Positions 25,262 to 37,054 of a stretch of DNA of 64,000 bases are shown piece after piece. Location of the stretch: positions 33,294,001-33,358,000 of the forward strand of contig CM059449.1 of NCBI GenBank assembly GCA_030390025.1, in the 5' to 3' direction. Source of the DNA: Squalus acanthias. Taxonomy: Eukaryota. Both the position numbers and the translations under genes were made by a program. The notes below the pieces were generated by a model. It was not told the origin of the DNA, did no database searches, and worked only from the letters and a program-made list of their open reading frames with translations. The first letter of the stretch is position 1. Every line of letters begins with the position of its first letter.

Positions 25262-28200
25262 GGGCTGAATTTTGATTCAGGGGCGGGCTGGTGCCGTGTA
25301 ATCCGCATTTCGTGTTAGCCAACCGAATCTCAATCGATGTGGGAGGTTGATGCGATTTTAACATAATAGGCCAATTGAGTTCCAACGTGTGGGAACCCAT
25401 GGCCAGTGAGTTTTTCCAGTCTGAAAGTCGCTTGCGATGACGTCTTCATTGCTGCAGCATGTAACGTCTGCAACAAGCCTTGCTTCCTCTGCAGACTGCC
25501 AAGCTTCTGCCTTTGCATGTTAGAGGCACCTGCAGGATGAATGGCCAGCCAGAGACGTAGGTCTGCACCTCGATTTGATGACGTCGCCCTGCAAGCTTTA
25601 ATTGAGGGAGCCAGAGCTAATAAGGAGGTGCTGTCCCCTTCTTCAGGGAGGAAGAAGCCTTCCCATCAAACAAGGCTGTGTGGATCCAGGTGGCAGAGGA
25701 GGTCAGCTCATTGTCCATAACCCGCAGAACCTGGCTTCAGTGCAGGAAGAGGTTTCATGACCTGCTGCGCACTGGAAAAGTGAGTATGAATTTCCCATCA
25801 CCCTCATTCTGATCCCCATTGCCTCTCCTCACCAGCACTCAGCTTTGACAACCTCTTCCTCCACATCCCACTTGACACTGACATCACTGCACCCTTACCC
25901 ATTCCCTCTCTCTGTATGGTCACATTCACCTAACTATTCGACTATGCAGCCCTCACACTCCCTATCGCTGTGTTGCGATGAAAACAACTTACAACACACA
26001 GGGAGGGCCCATGATCTTGCCACCTCACTCCGAATTTGTCTCCTTCTACCCATCAATGATATAGATTCTCTACACTCACTCCTTCATTCTCACTCAAACT
26101 CCAATTGTCTCCCTCATTGCAGGAAAAGAAAGCTCACAATAAGAGGGAAAGAGCGAGGACAGGAGGAGGGCCACCCTCAGTAGCCAAGCACATCCCCTGG
26201 GAGGAGGCGGTCCTGGAGATCATGGAAGTGGAGGAGCATGTGCAAGTGGGGGACGGACAGACGGGTGCATCAGAGCAAGCTGGTGACAGAATAGTTCATC
26301 AACTGGCTCATTGACATTTCATGAGTCACTGATAAGGATTCTGATGCTCCAGCAGATTGACTTCTGATCATCTGCAATATGCAATGTGCATGTAACCTTG
26401 GACTCACATCTCTGACACTTTCCTTTACTCCCCCCCAGGACCATCGCGAGCACCCATCCCCACCATCCAGGAGGAAGAGCATGAGCCTCACGACTCCTCA
26501 GAGCTGCAACCTCTGAGGTCGCCGCGTCAGCAGAATTCAGCGCACCCAGCACCAGCGCAGACAATCACACCTCGGAGGGAACATCGCGAGATAGAGTCGT
26601 GTTGTCACATGGTGTATCACAGCTCACAAGTGAGCATCAGCAGGTAGTGGAGACAGGGACAGCAGTGGAGAGTCCTAGTCGGAGGGTGCAGGACTCTCCT
26701 AGCTCGGCTCAGCTGCTTGTCGACCTCTGCCTCTGGATCCATCCATAAGATCAGCGGTGCTGGAACTCCAGGAACAGATACAGGAGTCTCTGGCAGGTTT
26801 TGTCTCCAGGGTCGCTGCGAGTGTGGAGCGAATGGAGGAGTCCATAGCAAACATGAGCAGAGATTTTGTGGAGTCATTGGCGCATGAATGCATCACCACA
26901 GAAGGATGGCAACCTCCGTGGAAAGGATGGCTACAGTAGAGGAGAGGATGGCTACGGCTATGGAGGAGATAAGTCGCCAGAGTGGAGAAAACATGGTCAT
27001 TGTTCAGAATAGACTGGCATCTCTTGAGGAGCGATGGTCATCTATTGAACACAAAAACCAGACCATCATGGAAGTCCTTCTGAGTAGGACTTCCAATGCA
27101 GATACGGGTCCCCATGGCCCCTCTGATGTGCAGCAAGGTGCTCTCAATCTACTTGCCAGCGCTGAGGTGGGGCTGACCCATGAGAGGGATGTTGGTGGCA
27201 GACAACAAGGAAGCGGGGGCTCCTCTCCAAGCGTTCACACGACCAAGCCACTGCAAAACCCTCGGTCAGAGCCCCACCAGAGTCCTCACCCAACTGAGAT
27301 CGGCGTCTCAATCCCTGCACAGCCGCAGGAGCAGCAGACTGTTGCCGAGCCCTCACAGGCTCGCAACCCCAGAGGACGCCCGCCAAAGGTGTCGAGGCAG
27401 GAGCAGCAAGAAAGTGAGCAAGGGGCCTCCACATCTGCTGAAGCCACAGGGGAAGCAGCACGTAGGAGCACGCGCAAAATAAAAATAATGCACAAGTAGT
27501 CACAAGGGTAGTTACTTGGGTGTAATGTTGTGTTTAATCTTGAAATGCCAGCACTTACTTGGTGTGATTAAAAATTCTGCTGGAAAACTGCTGAAGCTGT
27601 GGCGTCTCTCATTTCGCAAATGGGACTTCCACATTGAGGGCTTAGGATGACTTGCAATTGTCAGTATGGTGGTCAGAGTGATAGAAATCCGCAGGATCCT
27701 GGCCATTGTCGATGGCCTGATAAGAAGGTGCGAGGCAAAAGTGTTTGATTGTGCAGGCTTAGCAAATCTGGTCAAGTGCGTCCCTTGCATCTCGGGCAGC
27801 AATGTGGTCGCGCGCTGGCGCCTTCTGGCCTGTGCAGCTTCAGGTGGGTGAGGAGCAGCTTGGCACGCCTGTTGATGCTGCTGCTGCTGGTGGTGCTGTT
27901 GTTCATGGTTCTGCTGCTGCCACGGCTAGTCTTCGTCCGAATCGGATGTCCAGGAGGAAAGGAAATAAATGGTTCCTATGCTTCTGGTATATGCCACAGT
28001 TGAGGAAGCGCTCAGTCAAGGTGGCGAGAGGGGTTTCCCAGGAGGTCACACTGGAGATGGGTGTCAGGCTCCAAACTTCCACAGCTGTGGTTATGCCAGA
28101 TAAAAGTTCCCCCAGACCTCAGACAACAAAGTCCTGCCAACTGCAAATGATGGCTGATAACATCTCCTATTTCATGGTTGAGCTGCAGCTGATAGTCAGC

Positions 28201-28509
28201 AATCCAAATGTGCTACCGCCAGGTTTCACATTCGTGGTTCAGCACAGGCGTGCTTCACGTGGAAAAATATTTAAAATCACAAAGCCCTTTCAAAATGGCA
28301 TTAAAGAGGCAATTTAGTGCTTGTTAAGGGCCTTATCGGCCTATCCCACCTCTTGGAGGCGGGACGGAGTCGGGACCTGCAGACACGATGTAATGAAAAT
28401 TGCGTGGAGGCCGGTTGGAGGCGGGCTTGTGCCCGCCCACCAGTTTTCGCAATTTAAACCCCCCACACGCCTCAAAACCCGCCTCCACGGGTCAATGAAA
28501 ATTCTGCGC
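25262..28509 (+). mobile_element. PIF/Harbinger-like DNA transposon, internally deleted
   Basis: Imperfect TIRs GGGCTGAATTTTGATT / AATGAAAATTCTGCGC (13/16). Contains a spliced Myb/SANT gene on + and a transposase remnant on -. No clear TSD. Confidence 0.75.
25541..27499 (+). pseudogene. Harbinger Myb/SANT-like (NAIF1/MSANTD-type) DNA-binding protein gene, frameshifted
   Basis: Exon 25541-25779 encodes MASQRRRSAPRFDDVALQALIEG...(frameshift ~25680)...WIQVAEEVS...RTWLQCRKRFHDL. Exon 26123-26282 encodes EKKAHNKRERARTGGGPP. Exon from 26439 has a low-complexity/coiled-coil region with further frameshifts. Confidence 0.8.
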
Positions 28510-28520
28510 AGACTTTTCAA

Positions 28521-29826
28521 TTATTTCCCTAACCTAATAATTAGAGACAAGGGATATTTAAACAGATTCTTTAACTCTTCTTTGAATTTAGTCTGGGACA
28601 CTGCATAAATAATGGTATTTGTGCAGAAACTCAAATGTTGCAGCATATATCCAGTTTGTTCCATGATACTGAAAGGAATACTGTACTGTAATCTGTGTGC
28701 AAATATTAAATAACAATAATTTACACATATATATATTGAATAAAACTTACCATCCATAACAGGATAAAACTGCTAGATTTGGTCAGCAGTAAAACGATGG
28801 ATTTCCTTCGTTTGTCCATTTCTGGCTCACTGTCGCTGCTCCGGAGACCCCTCCTGATTCTACTTGTCAGTAGAATTTGCCTGATGATCAGACCATTGAA
28901 TATCAGAATGAAAAGAAAATGATTTAAAGGCATTAAAACTATGTCAAGCCATAAGAATGTGACCCATACAGGTAGAGTATAGAGGTTTGATTTTTTTTAA
29001 TCGTGTTATGGAATGTGGGCGTCGCAGGCAAGGCCAGCATTTATTGCCCATCCCTAATTGCCCTGGAGAAGGTGGTGTTGAGACGCATTCTTGAATCGCT
29101 ACGATCCGTGTGGTGAAGGAACTCCCACAGTGCTGTTACGGAGGGAGTTCCAGGATTTTGACCCAGCGACGATGAAGGATCGGAGATATACTTCTAAGTC
29201 AGGATGGTGAGTGACTTGGAGGGGAACGTAGAGGTGGTGGTGTTCCCACCCGCCTGCTGTCCTTGTCCTTCTAGGTGGAAGAGGTCGCGGGTTTGGGAGG
29301 TGCTGTCGAAGAAGCCTTAGCGAGTTGCTGCAGTGCATCTTATAAATGGTACACACTGCAGCCACGGTACGCCGGTGGTGGAGGGAGTGAATATTTAAGG
29401 TGGTTCACAGAACCACGGTATATTGTCAATTTTTGCTCGTGATTGTAAGCTAAAGTACATTAGGAAATTTTCCAAAATGCATAGCCCCCATATCGTTGCT
29501 ACAACCTCTGCCGCAGTTTTTTCGGTGTAATATTGGGTTCTTATTCTTTGGCAACAAATGGCGACAAATCGATCAAAGGTGAAAGCGACAGTTAACCAGA
29601 CAGCACATTCAGACGAAGAAAAAATCAGGAAGAAATTCAGACTGCAGACCGGAGTGTACTTCACGATTGATTTCGAGAAACAACTTGCTTTCATCTCATA
29701 CAGGACCCCGCCAAATATCAGGAACAGTAAGTAGTTCGTCTGCTGCCATGGCCACCAGATAAATAGTGATGCATTTGGAGAGGCCACACTTTCCACGGGA
29801 TATAATCACAATTGTCACCAAGTTGG
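28521..29826 (-). pseudogene. GPR139/GPR142-like GPCR exon 2, disrupted
   Basis: Acceptor cttgcag|CC AAC; NLVTIVIISRGKCGLSKCIT..., VWLTVAFTFDRFVAICC, RRKSIVLLL, NTIIYAVSQTKFKEEL*. Frameshifts near 29710 and 28735 and a retroelement insertion at ~28994-29400. Confidence 0.9.
28994..29400 (-). mobile_element. Non-LTR retrotransposon 3' fragment inserted in the GPCR pseudogene
   Basis: Splits PWFCEP|KSNLY. Encodes an ORF2 C-terminus (AAVCTIYKMHCSN...SFIVAGSKSWNSL), with an AATAAA-containing 3' UTR and a short A tail. Confidence 0.8.
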
Positions 29827-30689
29827 CTGCAAGTGCGAGAATGGATAAATAAATCACGATTATGGACATCAAAAGCAATCCGATCAAAAAAAAGTGTAAT
29901 CATTAATGCTGATTTTCCCTTCACTCAAATCATTCACTCTCTTTGCCACCTAGACGTGGGAATCCTGAGGATGCCGAACTATTTATCCAACCACGCCACA
30001 TCCTTTATTGCCTGTGTAGCCTCAAAGGAAAATACTGGCTCCAACATTGCGATCGGTGGCGTAGCTCGGAGTACATACTTACCTTGTGGTAGGCCCAGAA
30101 CGGAAACTTGCTTTCGGCGCAGCAGAGCTGTGCGCAGTGTATGACATCACAAAGGGCAGGTGAGCATAAGGGAAGACACGCCCACAAAAGGTGCAAATAC
30201 TAAGCCACGCCCACATAAACTGCTTTCTGCCTCTTCCATTGAAATTACATCTTAAAAACTTTTAGAAACTTTTCTTTTACTTAAAATGTCACTTGGACTT
30301 GTTTCGTTTATCAGCATTTTGCTGTATTTCTTCATCCAAACTCACAATTTAGTAGTCGCTATTTATACAGCTTCCTGTTCTGATACTCAGTAAAGATCTA
30401 ACACTGGTATAAGTAATGTTGTTGAACTTCAGATAGAGATTCCCAGCCATATATTCAATGTTAACTTTCAGGCTTAAAATATATTATTCAGACCTCATTT
30501 AGACTGTGAATAGATAAATCAATGTTCTTGTTATCGATGCATTATATTGCTTGTTATGTTGTTCATGTTTTAGCTGAAAGGACAGAATTGTCACTGAAAT
30601 CTGATAGATGTTCACTTTATTTCAATTTCATATTCACTTTCCAATTAATTAAAATTAAACTCGACCGACAATATATACACACATATATC

Positions 30690-32141
30690 GGGCCGTATTT
30701 TGCGACACCCACGGGTGCGAACGAGGTGTGCGCGCGCCCGTAGGGGCAGCGCAAGTGCCGGATTTAGGCATGCGGAGCACATGCGCTAAAACCCGGCACT
30801 TGTCATGTGTCAAGAATCAGATTTTCCGCGTCCTTGGGAGATGGGACTCTGCGGGTGGAGAGTCGCGCTATTTGCCCAACTTCCACCCGCTGAAAGACCG
30901 TGGAATTCTTACGCCTGGTATAAGCATAAGAGTTTCAAAAAATAGAAAAATAAAATGTTATCGCTCACTTATACATTAAAAACCTTGTCCAATAAGGTAA
31001 GTTTATTTTTAGCCCCGTTAAAACATATAATTTCTTTAAAAAAAATTAAATTTTTGTTTAAAGTATTTAATTATATGGCATTTTAATTAATTTTATATAA
31101 GTATTTTTAAAAATGTATTTCCCGTGTTCGTGTATTTTTTATGTCATCCCCATTTATACTTATGACAGTTCAGTACGTACCGAACTGTTAGAAGTATGAA
31201 TGGGGATTCCCTTCTTTCATTGGTTGGGATGGCTCACATGATCCCAGGGGCGCTTGCGAACCGCATGAGCCCCTGGGATACGTTGGCTTCATCGCATCTC
31301 TACCAGGAGAGGCCCAGGATCAAAAGCCTCCGTATCTCCTGGACATCCAGGTAAATGCGTAGAAAAGTTGATGATCGGATGCATCCCGCGCGAAGCCTCC
31401 GATCGCAAATTCAGGCCCGACGTCTTTTAAGATGTAAAACAGACTCCTGTGCCTGCTTTCACTAACCAGAATATTTTCAGATGTAATTGCTGGGCAGTTG
31501 GTGGGCAGTAACCGGAGGTCCCGATACTTCCGCTTTTGGGCCTCTCCTCTACGAAATGCGCAGTGGCCCAGGTATCCCTGGGGCGCATGCGGTTCGTTAG
31601 CGTCCCTGGGATCACGAGGGCCATGGCGAAACAATGAAAGAAGAGAATCCCCCTTCATATTTTTGATCGGTCTCTCCGCCGAGATCTGTCAAAGGTATGA
31701 ATGGGGATCACCTTAAAAAACACAATAAACATTAAATACATTTTTTTTAAATCACATATTTAAAATTAGGTAAAGTTACATTAAATTACATTTTTTGAAA
31801 AAAATAATGAAAGTTTTCTACTGGGCTAAAAATAAACTTAACTTTTTAAAATTATTTTTAACTTAAAAATGAATGATTTTTTTATTGTTTTACTTTATTA
31901 AACTCTTTCGCTGGTAAAAGCAGGTCTTCTGCAGGCGTAAGATGTTTAAAGGTTTTCAGTGGGCGGAGTTTCTGCAGAAAGCGGATCTCTCCACCCGCAG
32001 AGGCCCTTCTCCAGGCCAGGCGCAGGATCTCCAAGAGAATTCTTTACAGATCGGAGTGCCGGTTTTCAGCGCATGCGCTTCGCATGCCTGAAACCGGCTC
32101 TTGCCAGGCCCCTACGGGTGTGGGGTCGGAAAATACGGCCC
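30690..32141. mobile_element. Two MITE family A-related copies in opposite orientation (30690-31418 +, ~31480-32141 -)
   Basis: GGGCCGTATTTT start at 30690 and its reverse complement AAAATACGGCCC ending at 32141; internal GC-rich and AT-rich blocks are mirrored. Confidence 0.7.
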
Positions 32142-34221
32142 ATTGAAACTTCTCGCAGTGTGGTATCCTGGTGCTGAGGCTTATCAGTTAAGTTTCTGAG
32201 TGAGACGTTGTTCTGGTCTAATATGATATCAAAATATTTCAAACTGGATTGTAGGGCATCTACACATAGCCCGAGAGTCATTCCGCTCCACACCTCGGCA
32301 GCGGGATTCATGAAATGTACCAGATTTGCGCTCTATTAAATATTGTACATTGTAATTAGTAGAAAGGTAGGTATTCCGATATGACTTGTATAATCACTTT
32401 AATCAATTTTCAGCAGTTGGTTCTCTTGCAATGCTGCTGCCAAATCTAAAAACAACCTGGGGCAATTGTTAAAGGAACCAGTGATGAGACACGGATTGCT
32501 GGCGCTGCATCGGCGGTGCACAGGGGGTATATTACACACATATACAGCTTCCGAGTTTGCTGCAGTGTAATGGCCCACACTGGGGAGTCATCGGCAAACT
32601 GTTTTTTCTCATCTACCCTGAAAAGAATAAAAACTGCGAGCTCGGCCTTACCCGTTCACGGTGGGAATAAAACACTTGGTCGAGGCACAAGGTTTCGGGT
32701 TTGACTTTCGGCGCTAGTGTAAAAGGAATGATATCGGATGGGCCGCCCGTTATACACTCCTCCCGAAGCTTCGTTTCATTGAGGCCAAAGATAAACTGAC
32801 CTCAGGAAGCTGGATTTTATTCTGAATTGGAGTCCCTTTTGTGCTAAAGACTCGGTAAAATGGAGCAGTAATGGACTCCGCCTCTACTACCTCCTGTGAG
32901 GCATCTGATAGTCTTTAAATAGTGAAAGCGTGGGTGGAAACCCCGCGCATTGTGCGGTAGCTTTAACTTTGGACCGCAGTGTAAATTGAGCGATATGGGA
33001 TTCACCGCCCATTATTATACGCCAGGCCTGATTTCCCTTTCCATTCAAGTGGATGGAAGTGAAAATAGGGCAGGACCTATAATTAGCGGACAGTTCGATA
33101 TCACCCATTTTACATTATCACCCAAAGTTAACAGGACTCCCATTATCCGCAACAATTGCCCCAAACGCGATCCTTCTTGTCACCAGCACCATATAAGGGC
33201 GATATTACCTGCAGACTGGTTCCCTGAGGCCATCCCACATTGAGCAGGCCGTTATGATTGCTGCAGCTGTAGTTTGCTGTTACTTTTACCGCCTGTTGAT
33301 TTTAGCTCCTTTGCTCATGTTGAACCAAGCCTGTAATGAAGTTTGGAACTGATTGGTCGAGGCGGAACCCAAACTGAGCATGGGTGAGCAGGTTATTGGT
33401 GAGTAAGTGCTGCTTGTTAGCACTTTTGACGAAACTTTCCATCACTTTGCTGATGATTGAGAGTAGACTGAATGGGCGGTAATTGGCCGCATTGGATTGT
33501 CCTGCTTTTAGTGGATAGAACATACCCGGGCAGTTTTCCACATTGTCGGGTACATGCCAGTGATGCAGCTGTACTGGAACTGCTCGGCTAGAGGCACGGC
33601 TAGTTCCAGAGAATAGCAGGATAGCGAGATGTTGTCGGGGCCCATAGCCTTTGCTGTATTCAGTACACTCAGCTGCTTATTGATATCACGTGGAGTGAAT
33701 CGAATTGGCTGAAGACTGTCTTCTTTGAAGGTGCGGATATCAATAGGAGACCGAGATGAATCTTCCACTCGACAATTCTGGCTGAAGATGGTTGCAAACG
33801 CTTCAGCCTTGTCTTTTGCACTCACGTCTTCAAAAGACAGGATTGAATACTAAGTGTTGATTAAGATTATTACAGTATTACACGATACATTGCAATCATT
33901 GAGGATGGGGAATTCTGGGAAGCTCCTCTCCCATTATTTGTTTAATTGCCCACCACCATTCACGACTGGATGTCGCAGGACTGCAGAGCTTTCATCTGTT
34001 CCGTTGATTGTGGGATCGGTTAGCCCTGTGTATAGCCCGCTGCTTCCGCTGTTTAGCATGCATGTAGTCTGAGTTGCAACTGCAACAATTTGGCATCTCA
34101 TTTTTAGGTACGCCTAGTGCTGCTCCTGGCATGCTCTTCTGCACACTTCACTGAAGCAGGGTTGGTCTCCTGGCTTGATGATAATTGTAGAGTGAAATAT
34201 ATACCTGCCCATGAGGTTACA

Positions 34222-35050
34222 AAAATGAGAAGTCGCACAACACCAGGTTATAGTCCAACAGATTTATTTAAAATTACAAGCTTTCGGAGCTGTCGCCCCT
34301 TCCTCAGGTAAAGTTACAATGAGTGAATCTACAATATTTCACAGTATATAAACACAGAAACTGCAGAGATACAATCTTTCAGGGAAGGTGTCCTTACATC
34401 AAAGACACACCAAAAGCACAGCCAAGACAATGAGATGTGTCACAGGGGGTCCAACTTGTCAAATCCTGCTGTATGCAGTTTTTTTTGTGTTTGTTTTTTT
34501 TGTGTTTTTTTTTAAAACTGGAAAGACAGACAACGATGTCGAGTCACGTTCTGCGGGTTAGCGTTCTCCAAGGCGGCCTTCGAAACACACGACAACGCAA
34601 AATCATCGAGCAGAAACTGATAGCCAAGTTCCGCACCCATGAGGACGGCCTCAATAGGGGTATCGGATTCATGTCACGCTACAGTACGCGACTCGACATC
34701 GTTGTCTGCCTTTCCAGTTTTAAAAAAAACCACAAAAAAACAAACCCCCCAAAAAAACTGCAGACAGCAGGATTTGACACGTTGGACACCCTGTGACACA
34801 TCTCATTGTCTTGGCTGTGCTCTTGGTATGTCTTTGATGCAAGGACACCTTCCCTGAAAGATTGTATCTCTGCAGTTTCTGTGTTTATATACTGTGAAAT
34901 ATTGTAGATTCACTCATTGTAGCTTTACCTCAGGAAGGGGGCGACAGCTCCGAAAGCTTGTAATTTTAAATACATCTGTTGGACTATAACCTGGTGTTGT
35001 GCGACTTCTCATTTTTGTCCACCCCAGTCCAACGCCGGCATCTCCGCATG
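34222..35050 (+). mobile_element. Truncated Penelope-like element with long inverted terminal repeats
   Basis: Arms ~34222-34553 and ~34682-35017 are reverse complements. The spacer encodes a GIY-YIG C-terminus (LRVSVLQGGLRNTRQRKIIEQKLIAKFRTHEDGLN). 11-bp TSD ATGAGGTTACA at 34211-34221 and 35051-35061. Confidence 0.88.
34277..34310 (-). ncRNA. Minimal hammerhead ribozyme-like motif in the Penelope arm
   Basis: Minus strand reads CTGAGGA-A-GGGGC-GACA-GCTCC-GAAA-GCTT. The + strand copy at ~34929-34959 has a mutated core (CTCAGGA). Confidence 0.55.
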
Positions 35051-35906
35051 ATGAGGTTACAGATTGAGGTGGAATACAATTCTGGTGCTGCAGATGGCCC
35101 ACAGCGCCTCATGCATGCCCAGTTTTGAGCTGCTAGAACTGTTCTGAATCTATCCTATTTAACACGTTGGCAGTGCCACACAACACGATGGAGGGTGTCC
35201 TCAGTGTGAAGAGAGGACTTCGACTCCACAATGATTGTGCGGTGGTCACCACTACCAATACTGTCATGAACAGATGCATCTGTGACAGGTAGATTGGTGA
35301 GGACGAGGTCAAGTGGGTTTTTCCCTCGTGTTGGTTCTCTCACCACCTGTCACAGGCCCAGCCTGGCAGTTATGGCCTTCAGGACTCGGCCAGCTCGGTC
35401 AGTAGTGGTGACACTGAGTCACTCTTGGTGATTGGCATTGAATTCCTTCACCCAAAGTACATTCTGTGTAACTACTAGCCTCAGTGCTTCTTCCAAGTGA
35501 TTTTAAACATGGAGGAGTACTGATACATCAGGTGATGGAGGGCGGGAGCTAATAATCAGCAGGAGCTTTCCTTGGCCATGATCGACCTGAAGCCATCCGA
35601 CTTTGTAACAGTGAATCTCTTGAATTCAACAAAGTGGGAAGTTGACGGACTTCAGAGTTTATGAGGCATTGTTTTATTGTCTTTATATACTTGTCCCTTC
35701 AAATAAAAGATGCTTTAATATTCCCCAGTCATCATCGAGTGTCAAGTCATGTGCATTAACATTCCAACCAGGCTGTCCTCATCAACACACAACTGCTTAC
35801 TTTTCTGCTTAATTAATTTTCAAACACGGTCTCGGACAAAGACAAAGAAAACCCCATCAAGCTTATATGATGTATAATTTTACACAGACTGATGATCTGC
35901 ACAGTT

Positions 35907-36670
35907 GGCCCAAAAATTCGCCCGTTCCCGGGTGAGTACACAGTCCGTACTCACCCGTATTCATTCCCGAAGTGCCGGTTTCCTGCATGCATTGCGCATG
36001 CGCGGGAAACCGGAACTTCCGGTATGGTGAAGTGGGCGGTTCCTTGGTGAACCGCGTGCGCACTAGAGGCTGCGCGCTTGCAGCACACTAAGATTTTTTT
36101 TCCGGTTTCAACGGGAGGGTAAGTATTGAAGATTCTACGCTAATAAAAAGGAGGCGTAAGACCCCTTTTGAACAAGGTAAGTAGTTAATTAAGTATAATT
36201 TTAAATTTTTTTCAACAGGTTTATCTTTTTTAGATACTTTAAAGAAAGGTAAGTTTATTTTTATAACTTTTAAAAAGTATTTTAATTTTTTCAAAAATTA
36301 AAATTTTTGTTTAAAGTGGTTAATTTATTTAACTATAGTTATTTTATAAATGTGATGGTTTTAAAAAAAAAATATTTGAAGTTTAGCTGTTCTTTTGGGG
36401 CCGATTTCAATTCACAGATTTGATAGGTCTCCTGTCAAATCTATGAATGAAAGATGGTCTGCTGCCATTGGCTCTCCATGGCCCACGTGATTCCAGGGGT
36501 CGCATCGCACTAACTGCGGCCCTGGAACACGCAAGCACTGCGCGCCGGCTCTTGGGAGAGGCCCAGGACCTGAAGTTCCTGTGGGCCCAAAACACAACAG
36601 CAGGCGTGGTGGGAAAGAGCGCGCGCGATCCTTACCTCCGCGGCAAGCCGGCCACGCGAATTTCTAGGCC
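35907..36670 (+). mobile_element. MITE family A copy
   Basis: GGCCCAAAAATTCGC ... GCGAATTTCTAGGCC termini and the same AT-rich core. Confidence 0.8.
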
Positions 36671-36984
36671 AATGTCATCACTACTATGGGAATAATCGAA
36701 TTGTCTTAAAGAAATTTCATGATCATGTACGAACGTATGACGAAAATTTTTTCTTCAATCCTTCCTCTATCAACGGGCAAAATCATTGCAAAATATCCCT
36801 GCTCAGTAGCAGTGAATATGACTTGCCTCAATCTGTTTGTTCAAATGAATGTAACTAACGCTAATCATTATGTAATGCTCATGTGTCACTTGAGGTTTCT
36901 CTCAGGTATAAATAAGAACTTATTTTGAAAGCAGAAGTTCTGCGAGTCCACAACACTAACAGACAACGTCGCTTCTCTCCGAAT

Positions 36985-37054
36985 ATGGGACAGCCGGTGA
37001 TCATACAGATAGAGAACATTTACTATCCTATTCTTGCAATAGTTGGTCTTCCTG
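36985..37054 (+). pseudogene. Orphan GPR139-like exon 1 (MGQPVIIQIENIYYPILAIVGLP) with promoter
   Basis: 70 nt, donor G|GTAAGC, TATAAAT at 36907-36913. Flanks ~36730-37220 align in reverse complement to ~52265-52760. No + strand exon 2 found downstream in the window. Confidence 0.8.

Larger units (their letters stand above)
33300..35590 (-). mobile_element. Degenerate non-LTR retrotransposon (APE endonuclease + RT fragments), interrupted by the Penelope element
   Basis: EPTRGKNPLDLVLTN...GSGDH (endonuclease), KAMGPDNI and NYRPFSLLSIISKVME...QFGFR (RT). Confidence 0.8.

Noticed and set aside
29827-29887. Hydrophobic in-frame extension (MSIIVIYLSILALA) as a substitute TM1 for the pseudogene
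   Set aside because: It is most simply the T-rich acceptor region of the intron, and the downstream exon is frameshifted anyway.
30280-30370. Minus-strand TATA plus short ORF MKKYSKMLINETSPSDIL as exon 1 of the pseudogene
   Set aside because: No similarity to the two clear exon 1 copies, it lacks TM1, and the donor is weak.
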